A DNA stretch of 64,000 nt, from positions 1 through 64,000 of the forward strand of contig NW_026865242.1 of the NCBI RefSeq assembly GCF_026571515.1. Reading direction: 5' to 3'. The notes under the pieces were generated by a model. The model searched no databases and was not told where the DNA came from. It saw nothing but the letters and a program-made list of their open reading frames with translations. The position numbers were made by a program, and so were the translations under genes. Numbering within the stretch: position 1 is the first letter of the stretch; each line of letters starts with the position of its first letter. This stretch comes from Ruditapes philippinarum. Taxonomy: Eukaryota. Shown here in pieces: positions 32,921 through 47,600 of this stretch.

Positions 32921-34576
32921 TTTAAAACAACAGTAGTGTTGTTGACCTTTCTCTTCTTAATACTTGATCTGTTAAAAAAAAGGTTGAAAAAACTGTGGAC
33001 TTCAATCATGTCAATTCTCACCTCTTTTGTTTATACAAAGTTTTTTAAATGGCTCTTTTAATATGCATTTTGTATCCTACATGAAAAGTCTTTTTAGATT
33101 TAAATGAAAAGCGTCTAATGAAATATCATAAAGTGAAATTTTAGTAGGCTTTACATGATTTCTTGGATGAGATTTATTTAAATCTATAAAATGGCAACAC
33201 ATTTAAACATTTTTTTTTATTACATGATATTTTATTAACAGGAAAATGGCAAAGTTTCTATCGATGTAACATTTTATATGAAACATATGAAATATAAAAA
33301 ATACATATGATGGTTGTATTAAATTGAAAACAAGCGAAGTCATGTGATAAATGTACATTTTGTTTTCTCAAGTTGGTTCATCAATGAGGTTACCCTTTCC
33401 ATAATATGTATTTGTCGGACTAGCAGTCCAAAGATTTCTTGGGTTCAAACCCCATCTGAGGCAAGTTGTTGTTTTCACGAGTTAGAAACTTTACACTGGT
33501 TGCTTTGTACTGGTTGTTTCCAAGAATGGGTCGGGGAGTGTTTCAATAAGCTTATAGCTTCCTTCACAATTTAACTAAAATTAAAACATATAAATTAATA
33601 TGACTGTATTGAAATATTAGACATGTTAATTTGATATTGATAGGGCTATCTTTCATTTATTTTCAAAGCACGTGCACAATTGATTCTAGGTTGTTTATAG
33701 TATTGTAGGTATATACCTAGTCAATATTTTGTTAGCCTTTTTTTTAGATTTCACCTTAAATGGATTCTACTGAGGTTTTTTTAACATGATTTGTTGATTT
33801 GTTTACGGATATTATATTTTTAGAAACAAACATTTTTGCATTATAAATAGCTCTCTTGACGCTGTTTTAAGGAAAGCTTACACTGTGTTATGATGTACTT
33901 TTTCTAAGATATGAAATAAATCTTTGTTAAATATTCTTTACTTTTTTCCAGATTTAAAAATGATTTGTCAAGAAATCAAAGAGTTTAATTACTTCCTGAA
34001 CTAGAAAATCAATCTGGTTTGATTGTCTTTGACAATATGTTGGTTTGCAGTAACTTTTCATACCAATTAATAAAATATTCTATACATTTTAATGCTATTT
34101 TGGTCAAAAATAATTTTTTCTTGATCTGATATTGACAATGTTAAAAAACAAATATGCCATTGCTAATTTATTATTATTCTTATTATTATTGTATAATTGC
34201 AATAGTGTCAAAAAAAATCCAGTGTGGATTTGAATTTCTAAAAGTTTTAATGTAGTTAATCAGGCAGCTATATTAACCTACTATATCAACCCATGTTTGT
34301 TATTTTATGCTGAAATCTCAATTTTTGTTTTCTTTTTTCACTCTATTTTATGCCTGCTGTGATCAGAGTAGTTTTATGTATGTGTCCAAAGTGTAAGTGA
34401 AGATAGAATAGAGATTTTAATACTTTACTGCTGTCACTCAGTAAACTTTTACCTTTACCTTTGTTGTGTAATTGACTTAACTGAATTAGAATTCCATTTT
34501 TACTTGAGATATTTTAAGAGTATAATTTTTGAATTTGAGTAGCTAATAGAAAAGAGTAGTGTTAGACTGTGACTCT

Positions 34577-34835
34577 GGCAGTACTTGGAAGCATTTTCAG
34601 GGTTGAGTGCAGACGTTTGCAATAATTTAGAGCATTTTCAAGGCCTAATGTAGAATCTGGCTGTAATTTTAAGCATTGCAAGGGCTAATAAAGACTATGT
34701 CAGTAGTTTGAAGTATTGCAAGGGTTAAAAGTAGACATGTCAGTAGTTAAGTATTGCAAGGGTTTAAAGTAAACTTTGGCAATAGTTTGAAGTATTGCAA
34801 GGGTTAACTGTAGACTATGGCAGAATTTTGAAGCA
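34577..34835. repeat. Degenerate ~41-bp minisatellite (~6 units)
   Basis: Recurrent gcagtagtttgaagtattgcaagggtt..gtagact. Confidence 0.7.
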
Positions 34836-35570
34836 GTTTAAAAAGAATTAAAACTTACTTGTCAACCAAATTTTATCCAAAGAAAATGCTGTATATATCT
34901 TGATAAAATAAAAATTAATCATATATTCTGGGGTTTGATTATGAAATATTTCTCTAAGCTTAAATAAGCTTAAACAGGCAGGTTGAAAATGTGGTGATGA
35001 AAATGATAAAATTTGCCATCTTGTCACCTTGATGCAGTAATGGATTAACTAATAATGATAGGAGTTAACCTGTTAATGCACTAAGATGACAATATTCTGC
35101 ATTTACATGGTTTTTCTAAATGTCAATATTTATACATTCCTTAGACTCAGATAATGTGGGTTTTTTAAGTTTGATGTTTTGTAAAACTTCAGCTGCTAAT
35201 CTGGATGCATGCAGCTTTAAAAGCAGACTTTTTGTAAGAGAACATCACCTTGATGAAATACTGATCATGTTTCTCTATATTCTGTTGAGATTTTTACAGT
35301 GTTGTATATCTCATTTTCTCATTTTTGTACTGTGTATATAAAGTATACTTGGTTTGCATAATTGACATAATACTTGATTTGCATAATTGACAAAGAGTGA
35401 TGCTAATATATTAAAAAATGATCTTGTAATCAATAATCTTGATTCTGTGCCAAATTATGTACCAAATGTACCTATTGTTAATTTGAATATTTTTATAGTA
35501 TTCAAGTATGTTCCTGGGTCTTAAAATGTAAACAATTGAAAAGTCAAAGAATTGTAGATGCAAATAAGAA

Positions 35571-35811
35571 ATATGAGCCGCGTCATGACAAAACCAACAT
35601 AATGGGTTTGCGACCAGCATGGATCCAGACCAGCCTGCGCATCCGCGCAGTCTGATCAGGATCCATGCTGTTTGCTTACCAACCCTATTACAAGTAGGGA
35701 ACGTGATAGCAAACAGTATGGATCCTGATCAGACTGCGCGGATGCGCAGGCTGGTCTGGATCCATGCTGGTCGCAAACCCACTATGTTTGTTTTGTCATG
35801 ACGCGGCTCAT
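35571..35811. mobile_element. Foldback MITE family A, copy 4
   Basis: Same inverted arms as the other copies. Confidence 0.9.
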
Positions 35812-38634
35812 CTGTATACTGAATGCTTGAGTATTTTGGTACATTATACATGTACAACAATGGGCAGAATATTTTTGAGATTAGAAGGTAGTTAGTTATA
35901 CAATCTGTGAAAATTTGACTTCATAGAAATGGTTTAAGTTACCAGAATTATGAAAAGTAATGGTATTTCAACTCCTTAAATTTCTAAATTACACTGCAGA
36001 TAAAATGACTTCTTTATGCCAGATAAGTCAGCACGTCCCTGCGGTGTTATCAGAATGCTCTGTTATGTAATATTGTCTGACTTAAAGTTGCTAATTAATG
36101 ATATTTGAAACCCCTATAAATTAACATTGGACATTTCCAGCTTTTAGACAGAGAAATTTCATTAGACAAATTTATTTGTTTAGAGGTGAAAACATAATAT
36201 TTGAGATTATGGATAATGTGCCTTCTTTTATATTTGTTGAATACATTTACTAAAATGTCTTATTCTGATACACTGATCTACATTGTTAGTTGTATTTTGG
36301 GGGGTTATTTAAGGGTAAGAGGGGATTTTGGAGGGAGGGTAAGGGGGGAGGGTTTGGTATACTGTTGTTGTTTATATATATCTATAACATTCCATGTAAC
36401 TTATCCATATTATTTATATAATAACTGTTGTATCACTGTGATCAGGGTGTTAATTTTGTTACTTTTATCCTAAATAGTCTGTTATAATAATAAGTTGTTG
36501 TTTTTTGTTTAGAGTGCACTAATACACGTTTCCCACTGTGACAAATACACATTATATGTATTATGTATATCATGTTGGTAATTATAAATCACTAATTGTA
36601 CTTTTTTCTATGTAATCTTTTTACTAAATATATAACTATTTACTGAATATTTCATCTTTGATGTACAATTTGTATTTTTTTGTGTGTTTTTCCTTCGTTC
36701 ATGTACACAGTAAAAAAGAAAGAAACTAAAAGAATATTTTTGTCTCACATACATTGGATCTGAAATGTATAAGTGTAGTATTGTGTGCCAATAATAGCAC
36801 TAATAACTTATTTTAGACTTTCATGTTCCTGTATTATGTTTGTAAGGTTATGAAAAATGTTGAAGGCTTCAGTGTGAAACAAGCCTATGATAATTATAGA
36901 GATAACTTGAATGTTATGACTGACAAAGACTAGTTTTCAATTAAGCATTTGATACTATGTACAGGGAGTTGATATATATTATACATGTGTAATAGGACAC
37001 TACATAGAGACATTTGAATGAGATTTAGAAATGTAATGTTTTAATTTATCAAAAAAAAATTCATTTATCATAAACAACAACAAAAACAACACGATACAGG
37101 AGTGTAACAAAACAATAACATACTAACTTCATTTAATAATAATGATATTACACTAGAGTCATAACACTTTAACAATTACATGATGTCATTTTCGTTATAT
37201 TCATGCATATAAACATAGCGTTAAAGAGTACTAATCTTATCCTTACACTATAGGCGCATCATTGAAAAATTACTCTTTTTAACCGTTAACAGTTTTTATT
37301 TTAGATATGTGATACCTAGAATATTATATTTGTATAGATTCAATACTAAATGAATATCATTAGTGATCTAAATATTTGCTTGGTCATCAGAGTTTGATGC
37401 TAAATTTAAACTGTTTTATTAGTGAAACAAGTTAAAGGGTTTTTGTTTCGATATAATATTATGTCTTTTCTATGTGATGTATCATTATGTGTCAAATGTT
37501 ATAAGTATATTTGTTTCTCTATCTTAGTCATTTGTCCGTCCAATTTCTGAATAATACAATGTACTTGTTTATGTGCTTTCATTCTAGAATAAACAGAAAA
37601 TAGAAGATCACGACTTTGTTAGTATTTTGCAGAAATGACCATGTTATAATATGCAGGCTTAAATCATTTTTAATGCATATTTAATAGTTGTATTTGTATC
37701 AGTCACACAATTACTAAGAGCAGTTAATAAAATAAAGAACCAGGAGATATAAGTTTAGTTTGTAAATAATTTCTTTTGAAAATTAATTTTTTTATGTGAT
37801 GTGAGACAAAAATTAGGCCTACATGTATTTCAAGAAAATTAAACTTGAGAAAAATGGACTAAGATTTAAGAAAGTTTAAAAGATTAAAATTTCAAGTTAT
37901 AATTTAGATGTAAATATGTGCAATTAGCCATTGATTTTGCAGTGTCCATCACCATATTTCTACTGCGTGACTTACACAGTAAGAGCTATTTTCGACCTCT
38001 TTTTAGTTTTTATGTGCATTGTAAGTGCTGTTTGCAATGAGTAAATCACTTTTTTTGTTCACTTATCAATATTTTACTTAGATTCTATCAATACATTTTC
38101 AAAATTTTCCTGAAAATTAGCATGAATCTGGAGGCAAGATGCCAAAAATTTTGTGATCCGTTTGACGTATTAAGTTAAGCTCAAATAATGTTGGGGCGGT
38201 TGATATTCCGATGATAAATATCATATTTTAGGCCTAATGAAGTCCAGCTTAGCATTGTGTCATTGACAAATTACCAGGCCTGAACCATCTGTCTTTATTT
38301 TATTAAAATCTGTATATGTTATATTAGAAAAGAAAAAAAAATGACAGAAGCCGACATAGTGTTGGGATAGTGTATAATTAAGGTAATTCTAGAAAAAATA
38401 TATACTGTTTATTCTGATATATATTATATATACAGTGTATTTTTTTCTAGAATTACTTTTTTTACACTATCCCAACACTTGGCCGTGTCCCAATGGCTTG
38501 AAGTACTATACGAGTACGTTGTATTTTGAGTACGAATCATTTGAAATAATTACCGGGAACCAATTACACAGTTCGGGAACCAAATCAGGAAGTGATAGTT
38601 TTGACAGACGAAATTTTCGTGAAAACGGTGAAAA

Positions 38635-41600
38635 ATGAGTGCAGAGAAATTATCAATTTGTATCATAGGATCAGGAAATTGGTGAGTTACTTTATTATTC
38701 GCTCCTGATAATACTTTTAGGCGACTTGTCATATAATCTAGCTCTGATCACGTGTCCATTTTACAGATTTCACATTTCTCGACGTCCTTCACCCTTTGCC
38801 TACTAAACTGATACAGCATGAAGGACATCTGAACTGTAAAATAAGTGTGTCATGAACTTCTTGACATACTGGCACACATCAATGTTATGTCTGAACCAAT
38901 TATTGTCGACTCTTGAATGGAAACTGACTTTTATAGTCTATATGTTCAAAATATTCCAGACAGTCTTGCATTAGTCTAGTAACCCAGTGGTTAGACCTTC
39001 CTTTTGAAAAGTATAATTGTAGAATCTTATTTATCAGGTTTATAGCTATAATAAAAAAATAGCCTGCATGTCACCTGGCATCATAAAAATAAGGGAACGG
39101 CTCAGGTTGTCTATACAAATGTGATTATAAATTAAGGTGTCTGGCCCTATCAACTATTGTGATTTTAGGTTTCATAACTTCAGACACTTGTTTTGTAAAC
39201 AAATATGTTTGAAGTAAAAAAAATATTTGCCAGACTAATGCATCAGTCAATTGGAACATACTATGACAGGCCCCTACTCCTGCTAAGTGTGGACTTCGAC
39301 CCAGCAGGGTAAAATCCCAGCTTGAAGTCACTTCTGTGTGATATGGACATATCTTTAAGTCCAAATATTTAGACGTAACCGCGGATTTGAAGCTATTTTT
39401 TACATTGTGTCAAATCCGCTTTAACCACATTAGAAATTCGCATTTTCTGATAAACATCAAACTGTAAAAAACAGAAAATGCGATGTCTTTCAATGAAGGA
39501 CTAGGACATATCCATGCCAAAATTGTCTACTGTACATTAAACTGGCAGTACATCAGCCTGAGTACAAAAGGTGAAAAGGATTTAAAGGTCAGTTAATTTT
39601 TAAATGCCACTTAATTCCCTGTGACTTTTTCATTGGTGAGAGATGATTCAATAATTTTACTGACCATGTTGTGCAAAGTAATAGTCAGAGCATTTATAAC
39701 ACATACATTTTTAGCTCGACTATTCGCAGAATAATCGAGCTAATGCAGTCACCCATTTGTCGGCGTCGGCGTCCCTGTGGTTAAGTTTTTGCATGTAAGC
39801 TGGTATCTCTATAACTACTGAAGGGAATGGATTGAAACTTCACACACTTGTTCTCTGTGATTATCTAAGATGATTGGCACAAGTCCCATAACTCTGATTT
39901 GCTTTTTTTCATAATTATGCCCCTTTTTCGACTTAGAAATTCTTGGTTAAGTTTTTGTATGTAAGCTGGTATCTCCTTAACTACTGAAGGGAATGGATTG
40001 AAACTTCACACACTTGTTCTCTGTGATTATCTAAGATGATTGGCACAAGTCTCATAACTCTGATTTGCTTTTTTTTCATAATTATGCCCCTTTTTCAACT
40101 TAGAAATTCTTGGTTAAGTTTTTTGTATGTAAGCTGGTATCTCCTTAACTACTGAAGGGAATGGATTGAAACTTCACACACTTGTTCTCTGTGATTATCT
40201 AAGATGATTGGCACAAGTCCCATAACTCTGGTTTGCTTTTTTTCATAATTATGCCCCTTTTTCGACTTAGAAATTCTTGGTTAAGTTTTTGTATGTAAGC
40301 TGGTATCTCCATAACTACTGAAGGGAATTGATTGAAACTTCACACACTTGTTCTCTGTGATTATATAAGATGATTAGCACAAGTCCCATAACTCTGATTT
40401 GCTTTTTTACATAATTGTGCCCCTTTTTCGACTTAGAAATTGTTGGTTAAGTTTTTGCGTGTAAGCTGGTATCTCCATAACTACTGAAGGGAATGGATTG
40501 AAACTTCACACACTTGTTCTCTGTGATTATCTAAGATAATTGGCACAAGTCCCATAACACTGATTTGCTTTTTTACATAATTATGCCCCTTTTTCGACTT
40601 AGAAATTCTTGGTTAAGTTTTTGCATGTAAGCTGGTATCTCCATAACTACTGAAGGGAATTGAATGAAACTTCACACACTTGTTCTCTGTGATTATCTAA
40701 GATGATTGGCACAAGTCCCATAACTCTAATTTGCTTTTTAATATAATTATGGCCCTTTTTCGACTTAGAAATTCTTGGTTAAGTTTTTGCGTGTAAGCTG
40801 GTATCTCCATTACTACTAGAGGGAATGGATTGAAACTTCACACACTTGGTCTCTGTGATTATCTTAGATGATTGGTACAAGTCCCATTACTCTGATTTGC
40901 TTTTTTGCATAATTATGCCCCTTTTTCGACTCATAAATTCTTGGTTAAGTTTTTGCATGTAAGCTTGTATCTCCATAACTACTGAAGGGAATGTATTGAA
41001 ACTTGAAGAGTTTGTACCTTTTCGGACAATTTTATGTATTCATATAGGTAAGCATTATTATACTCAATGAAACACCCTTGTGACAAATTTTCGAATAGTC
41101 GAGCGTTACTGTCCTCCGACAGTTCTTGTTAGCTCGACTATTCGCAGAATAATCGAGCTAATGCAGTCACCCATTTGTCGGCGTCGGCGTCAGCGTCCCT
41201 GTGGTTAAGTTTTTGCATGTAAGCTGGTATCTCTATAACTACTGAAGGGAATGGATTGAAACTTCACACACTTGTTCTCTGTGATTATCTAAGATGATTG
41301 GCACAAGTCCCATAACTCTGATTTGCTTTTTTTCATAATTATGCCCCTTTTTCGACTTAGAAATTCTTGGTTAAGTTTTTGTATGTAAGCTGGTATCTCC
41401 TTAACTACTGAAGGGAATGGATTGAAACTTCACACACTTGTTCTCTGTGATTATCTAAGATGATTGGCACAAGTCTCATAACTCTGATTTGCTTTTTTTC
41501 ATAATTATGCCCCTTTTTCAACTAAGAAATTCTTGGTTAAGTTTTTGTATGTAAGCTGGTATCTCCTTAACTACTGAAGGGAATGGATTGAAACTTCACA

Positions 41601-44600
41601 CACTTGTTCTCTGTGATTATCTTAGATGATTGGCACAAGTCCCATAACTCTGGTTTGCTTTTTTTCATAATTATGCCCCTTTTTCGACTTAGAAATTCTT
41701 GGTTAAGTTTTTGTATGTAAGCTGGTATCTCCATAACTACCGAAGGGAATTGATTGAAACTTCACACACTTGTTCTCTGTGATTATATAAGATGATTAGC
41801 ACAAGTCCCATAACTCTGATTTGCTTTTTTACATAATTGTGCCCCTTTTTCGACTTAGAAATTGTTGGTTAAGTTTTTGCGTGTAAGCTGGTATCTCCAT
41901 AACTACTGAAGGGAATGGATTGAAACTTCACACACTTGTTCTCTGTGATTATCTAAGATAATTGGCACAAGTCCCATAACTCTGATTTGCTTTTTTACAT
42001 AATTATGCCCCTTTTTCGACTTAGAAATTCTTGGTTAAGTTTTTGCATGTAAGCTGGTATCTCCATAACTACTGAAGGGAATTGAATGAAACTTCACACA
42101 CTTGTTCTCTGTGATTATCTAAGATGATTGGCACAAGTCCCATAACTCTAATTTGCTTTTTAATATAATTATGGCCCTTTTTCGACTTAGAAATTCTTGG
42201 TTTAAGTTTTGCGTGTAAGCTGGTATCTCCATTACTACTAGAGGGAATGGATTGAAACTTCACTCACTTGGTCTCTGTGATTATCTAAGATGATTGGTAC
42301 AAGTCCCATTACTCTGATTTGCTTTTTTGCATAATTATGCCCCTTTTTCGACTCATAAATTCTTGGTTAAGTTTTTGCATGTAAGCTTGTATCTCCATAA
42401 CTACTGAAGGGAATGTATTGAAACTTGAAGAGTTTGTACCTTTTCGGACAATTTTATGTATTCATATAGGTAAGCATTATTATACTCAATGAAACACCCT
42501 TGTGACAAATTTTCGAATAGTCGAGCGTTACTGTCCTCCGACAGTTCTTGTTTCTGGTATTGTGAGAATATCTCAGTGTTACTGATAATATATTGCAGTT
42601 ATTCCAATTCTGGTTGGTACCAGTCTGATGTAAATGTACACATGCTTAATGTATGCATAAGTAAGCATCTTCTTACATAATATTTCTCAAAGCTAATTTG
42701 ATTTGTTTTATTTTATAAAGGGGTTCAGCTGTTTCAAAGCTAGCAGGAGAAAGTGCATTGGCTCAAAATGAAAAGTTTGAGAGGAGAGTCAACATGTATG
42801 TGTATGAGGAAAACTATGAGGGGAGGAAACTCACAGAGGTTATCAATGAGAAACATGAGAATGTTAAATATCTACCTGGTATAAAGCTACCAGAAAATGT
42901 GGTAAGCAGTTTATGATACATGATATTTATGATACACAGAGGATATTTGTTTTTGTGTAAGATGAAATTTTGTTTTATTGAATGTGCTTCAAAAACAGTG
43001 TTTTCATAAGTGGTGTATAGTATAATGCATTTACCTTTTGAGTGTATAGTGTTCTTGAGTAGTGTAATGACCCTTGATTTGTGTTGTTTCTTGATTTTGA
43101 AATCCAAAATATTAAGAAAAATATAGATCAAAGCAATTCTACTGGATGTCTGATACTCCCAATGCAACATAACTTCTTTTTCCCAAAATGGTACCAACTG
43201 GGAAGGTTTGCCAAAAATCAAACTGTTTTTACTTCTGAGATAATTTGAACTTGTCTTTTAAACTGTTTTTTTCTTAGAAGTTACTTATGTAATCAAACAT
43301 GTGGACAAAACTTAAATAGGGTAAATCCCGGTAAATACGGACAATTCGGTAAATACGGACGCGAGCAACATAAATATCATTATCACCAGCGCTTGACAAA
43401 CTGTAATGTCTATTAATGACGATGTCGCTTCTTTTAATATTCATGTTCGAATATATTTAACAGTGATGATGTCATAAGGTATGTATGACGTCATTTCCTT
43501 TCTTTTAAACCAACCATCTACGCTTCCAGGCTATTTTTTTCAACATTTAAATCGAAGATATACCAGTCACCTTGGTTTTGAGGTCTCAGTTTTGAATTTA
43601 TTGTATAGCCTTCTCTTTAAATTTGATAGATTTTTCTTAAATTACATTTATTTTTTTGAAAAATGTACTTGCACAAGACATTTTAAGATTAACTAAATAG
43701 ATATTTGCAAAAAATAAATCGTCCGTATTTTTCCTACGACTTTTTCTTCAGTACTGAAAATACGGACAACCTGATCGAAGAGCAATTACGAGATTCAAAT
43801 AAAAAAAATAAAGGCATTTTCTCAATTTTCAATGCATAGAACTGACAATGTTTTATAACAATAAACAACTACTCTTAATCTATGTTATAATCATTGCACG
43901 CGCGCTGAATTTCAAACCTGATCCTTAATATGGGCTATAATTACAAGGCCACTTCCTCAAGGCGACTTCATCATGCTAAATTTATACCATTTTAATCTGT
44001 TTCTAATTAACCTATTATTCAAACATATCTTAATCAAACCTCTTATATCTGAGTCTGTCAAAAGTACATATTTATTTCCCTTTGCTCTTCCCTCTTTGAC
44101 AATTTTCATTATATATAATTATATTATTTCATCATCCCAACCATTACTTCTTTTACAGGATGCCTTAAAAGTATACTTATAAAAATAGGGGGAAAACTAT
44201 GAAATATGAACAAACGTCCCTAGAAAACGCCGTTCGAGCCGTTGAAGCCGGGATGTCGGTACGAAATGCGGCAAAACAGTTTAATGTGCCGAGGTCAACC
44301 ATCGGTGACCGCAAGTCCGGAAAGCATGGTCTGAACACAAGTCATGGCAGACCACCAGCATTACCTGCTACTGTAGAAGCAAAAATTGTAGGTAGCATAA
44401 AGGCAGCTGCTAAACTTGGAGTTGGCCTTAGCCGTAAACAAATCTTGAGAAGAACACATGTGTTGTGCGACCGGCTTAAGATTAAGTCCAGTTATAATGA
44501 CTTCAAAGCTGGAAAAGCATGGTTTGAAGGCTTAAGGTGACAACGGAGTCAATTATCACTGAAAATGCCTAAAATGAGATTTTTTGCTAAGTCGATTTAT

Positions 44601-47600
44601 CAACCTTTTCTGAACACATTCGTGATTTAATTTTGGAAGTAGTTAGTCCAAAAAATGTGTTTTTAAACGTTTTAAAACGGTACCTGTACCATTTTTATCT
44701 GCTATTCGCGTAACCTGTCAATTATCGATAACGCTCCGCCCCCTGTTGAGGCATCAATGAGGGAAATCGGTAGTTCCATATATGCGTGAATTACCGGTCC
44801 ATACTGGTCCATACTACCCGTAATTCATGTATCGTACAAATACCGTACATCTTTTATGAATATCGTCTACCTTTTATTTAGCCTTTTTTTTTTATAAAAT
44901 AAGAAATTGTCGGCCAATGTACGTAACATAATATATGAAACATAAATATATAGCGGCAAATCGCACGACCACGTGGTTGATGCTAAAATATCCATAATGT
45001 GTGAAAATAATTTGTCTGTCCCGTTAATCTGATAGATATTACATTGAGTTTATGGACTTTTGTACGGATTCAAGGGCTTGCTTTACATTCAACCTCGTTT
45101 TCTAACAATGTCAAGTAAAACAACAACAAAACAGACAACATTTTTTATGTGAACGCCTATATGACTTGTGGTAATTTAAGGTGTCCCTGACAAATTTCTA
45201 AACCATTTTAGGTTGTCTAAGGATGATTATTTCTCTATGAATCAATAAAAAAGATAATAAAATACGAGTATATTATCAGTGAATGCTTTGAATAAATTGT
45301 TCGCCAGTAAAACGAACACAGTACTAATAAACCTGGAACAAATTATGGAATTTATTGTATATCCCAGTAGAAACTGGATCTCTATGCCGTGCATAAATGA
45401 TTTTCATGATCATAGAAGTCAAGAAGGTCAGATCATAATGATCGAGTGATACCTTTTATTTCTATTAAAATATGTTAAGCATTTATATCAATTTGGAGGA
45501 AAAAATATATAATATCCCGTTCTACCGTGGATTTTAAAAAGACCGTCAGAAGCTCAGTTTTTTGTTATTTTAATTTATATTTTAACGGAATTTCATACAC
45601 GAATTCACAGACAGAGTGACACTGGTGTAATATAATAATAATGCCGATGATAATAATAATAAAAATAATAAACTTCAAAAGTGAAACAATTAAATACCCC
45701 GCTACGTTCCATTCCCCCCACCGAGTGCCTCAAATTTTACCGAAAGTCACGTGACATGTGCGACCGATATCAGACGGAAGGTAAATCACGTTAAGATTTG
45801 AAGATATTTCTGTTATAAATTGATATTAATCAGCAACTTTTTAATTGGTCAGATGTCACTGGGTCATAAAATGTTGTTAGAGTATGTTACCGCAACTTGT
45901 GACCCTCTCTGGTGCGATATTTGTGTATTATGCAATTATTTAGCGTGAAACGTAGGGGTCCGAGAGAGAACAGCCGATTTATGACACTTCGTTTGATGCG
46001 GGTCGGACTAACTTTGAATCGGCATAACTTTTTTAATAATCAAGCAATTAACATGCGGTTTAAAGCACATGAAAGGGAATTCATTTACGGAGGGAACCGT
46101 GTCAGGGATTTTTGTTTGCTCAATCAGCGACTTAATTATCTTTAATTACGTAATATGTATGGTGAAAAAAGTCGCATAAAATGTTTGACGTTACGTAATA
46201 TTTTTTTGAGAAAAGATAGAAAAAATTTGAGACACGGTTCCCCAGATATTATAAGTATGTTTATTTTCCAAAAGTTTGATGACAAAAAAATAAAAAATAA
46301 CTTTGATATGACGATTTAAAATTTTAGGATTTTTATTAAAATTCAATCATTTACAAAGGCATTATTTTCAAATATGTTATTTTTTATGATGATCAACGAC
46401 ATTTAATGCACAAAGATTAAATAAATAACAATTATTACTAAAATAAGTTGGTTTAAATGACATTTATGTGAGTACCACAGAAAGTGTCTGTTGTCACCTT
46501 AAAGCGCCGATTCCCGGACCTTGTTTTGAGAAAGCCCGAAAAATTGTCTTCCGTAAGGGCACGCATGTTAAATCCAGAAGTGCTTGGAAAGTACTTTGGT
46601 ACACTAGAGTCAGTTGTTGCTGCAAATAATCTGCTGGATAAGTCGCAATACATCTGGAATTGCGATGAATCCGGCTTTAATATGGAGCATAATCCAGTCA
46701 AGATTTACGCTGAAAAAGGAGAGAAATCAGTTGTGAGCAGGACCAGTAACAAGTCATCAAATATTACGTTGATGGCTTGCGTTAACGGTGCAGGTGATCG
46801 CATGCCTCCCATGTTTATTACCAAAGGCAAAACCAAACGGTCTTTACTCGGATTCAATACCCTTGGAGCGCCTGATAATTCTGTATGGACGTTTCAACAG
46901 AATGGATGGATAACAGATGACATTGCTGAAGAGTGGTTTGACACAGTTTTTCTGAAACACTGTGGTCCTGATCGCCCGCAGCTTCTCATAATGGATGGCC
47001 ATGGGTCGCATGAGAGTTTGGCTATAATAGAGCGGGCTATTGAAGAGAATATTGTCCTCCTAAGTTTACCACCCCATTGTACCCATTTTCTCCAACCCTT
47101 AGACCGCACAGTCTTTGGGCCGTTGAAAAAGGCATACAATGATGCATGTTCTTCTTTTTTGCAGGAAAATGTTCTACATGTAGTTGACAAATGGACATTT
47201 CCTGCTCTATTCTCACTTGCTTGGGAGAAAGCTGTGTCATCAACGAATGTACAAAATGGTTTTAGAGCCTGTGGTATTGTACCTCTCAATAGACGCGCAG
47301 TGCCAACAAGGGCTTTCTGTCCAAGTAAGCTTACTGATCAACCCGTCACTCGACCTGTTTCAGCTTCAGCAAATGTCTCCTCTGAAGACGTTGTCAGTCC
47401 GCCCGAGCCTGTATTAGCATCACAAAATATGCCCGTTAAACAAGTTGTTAGTTCGCTTAAGTCTGTTATAGTTTCGGAAAATATCTCTTATGTACAAGTT
47501 GTCCCTCCACCAGAGCCTGTTTTAGCACTAGGCATATTTCCATAGAGGAAGTGAGTATGCCGGCTCCGATCAATGAATCCCCCGAAGAAGTCACAATGCC

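Noticed and set aside
33420-33580. Second SINE family (also possible minus-strand remnants near 55690-55830 and 56400-56560)
   Set aside because: Only degraded B-box-like and core-like fragments are visible and the boundaries cannot be supported.
38550-38596. STAT/ETS-like motifs upstream of GPD1
   Set aside because: Short, imperfect matches expected by chance in a promoter.
39779-42430. CRISPR-like or coding repeat array
   Set aside because: Units are contiguous without unique spacers, the context is eukaryotic and intronic, and the short ORFs in the units are incidental.
46894-47289. Antisense or alternate-frame ORFs over the transposase, MACPF, LINE, B-box and FAIM exons
   Set aside because: Shadow ORFs of real coding sequence with no recognisable motifs.
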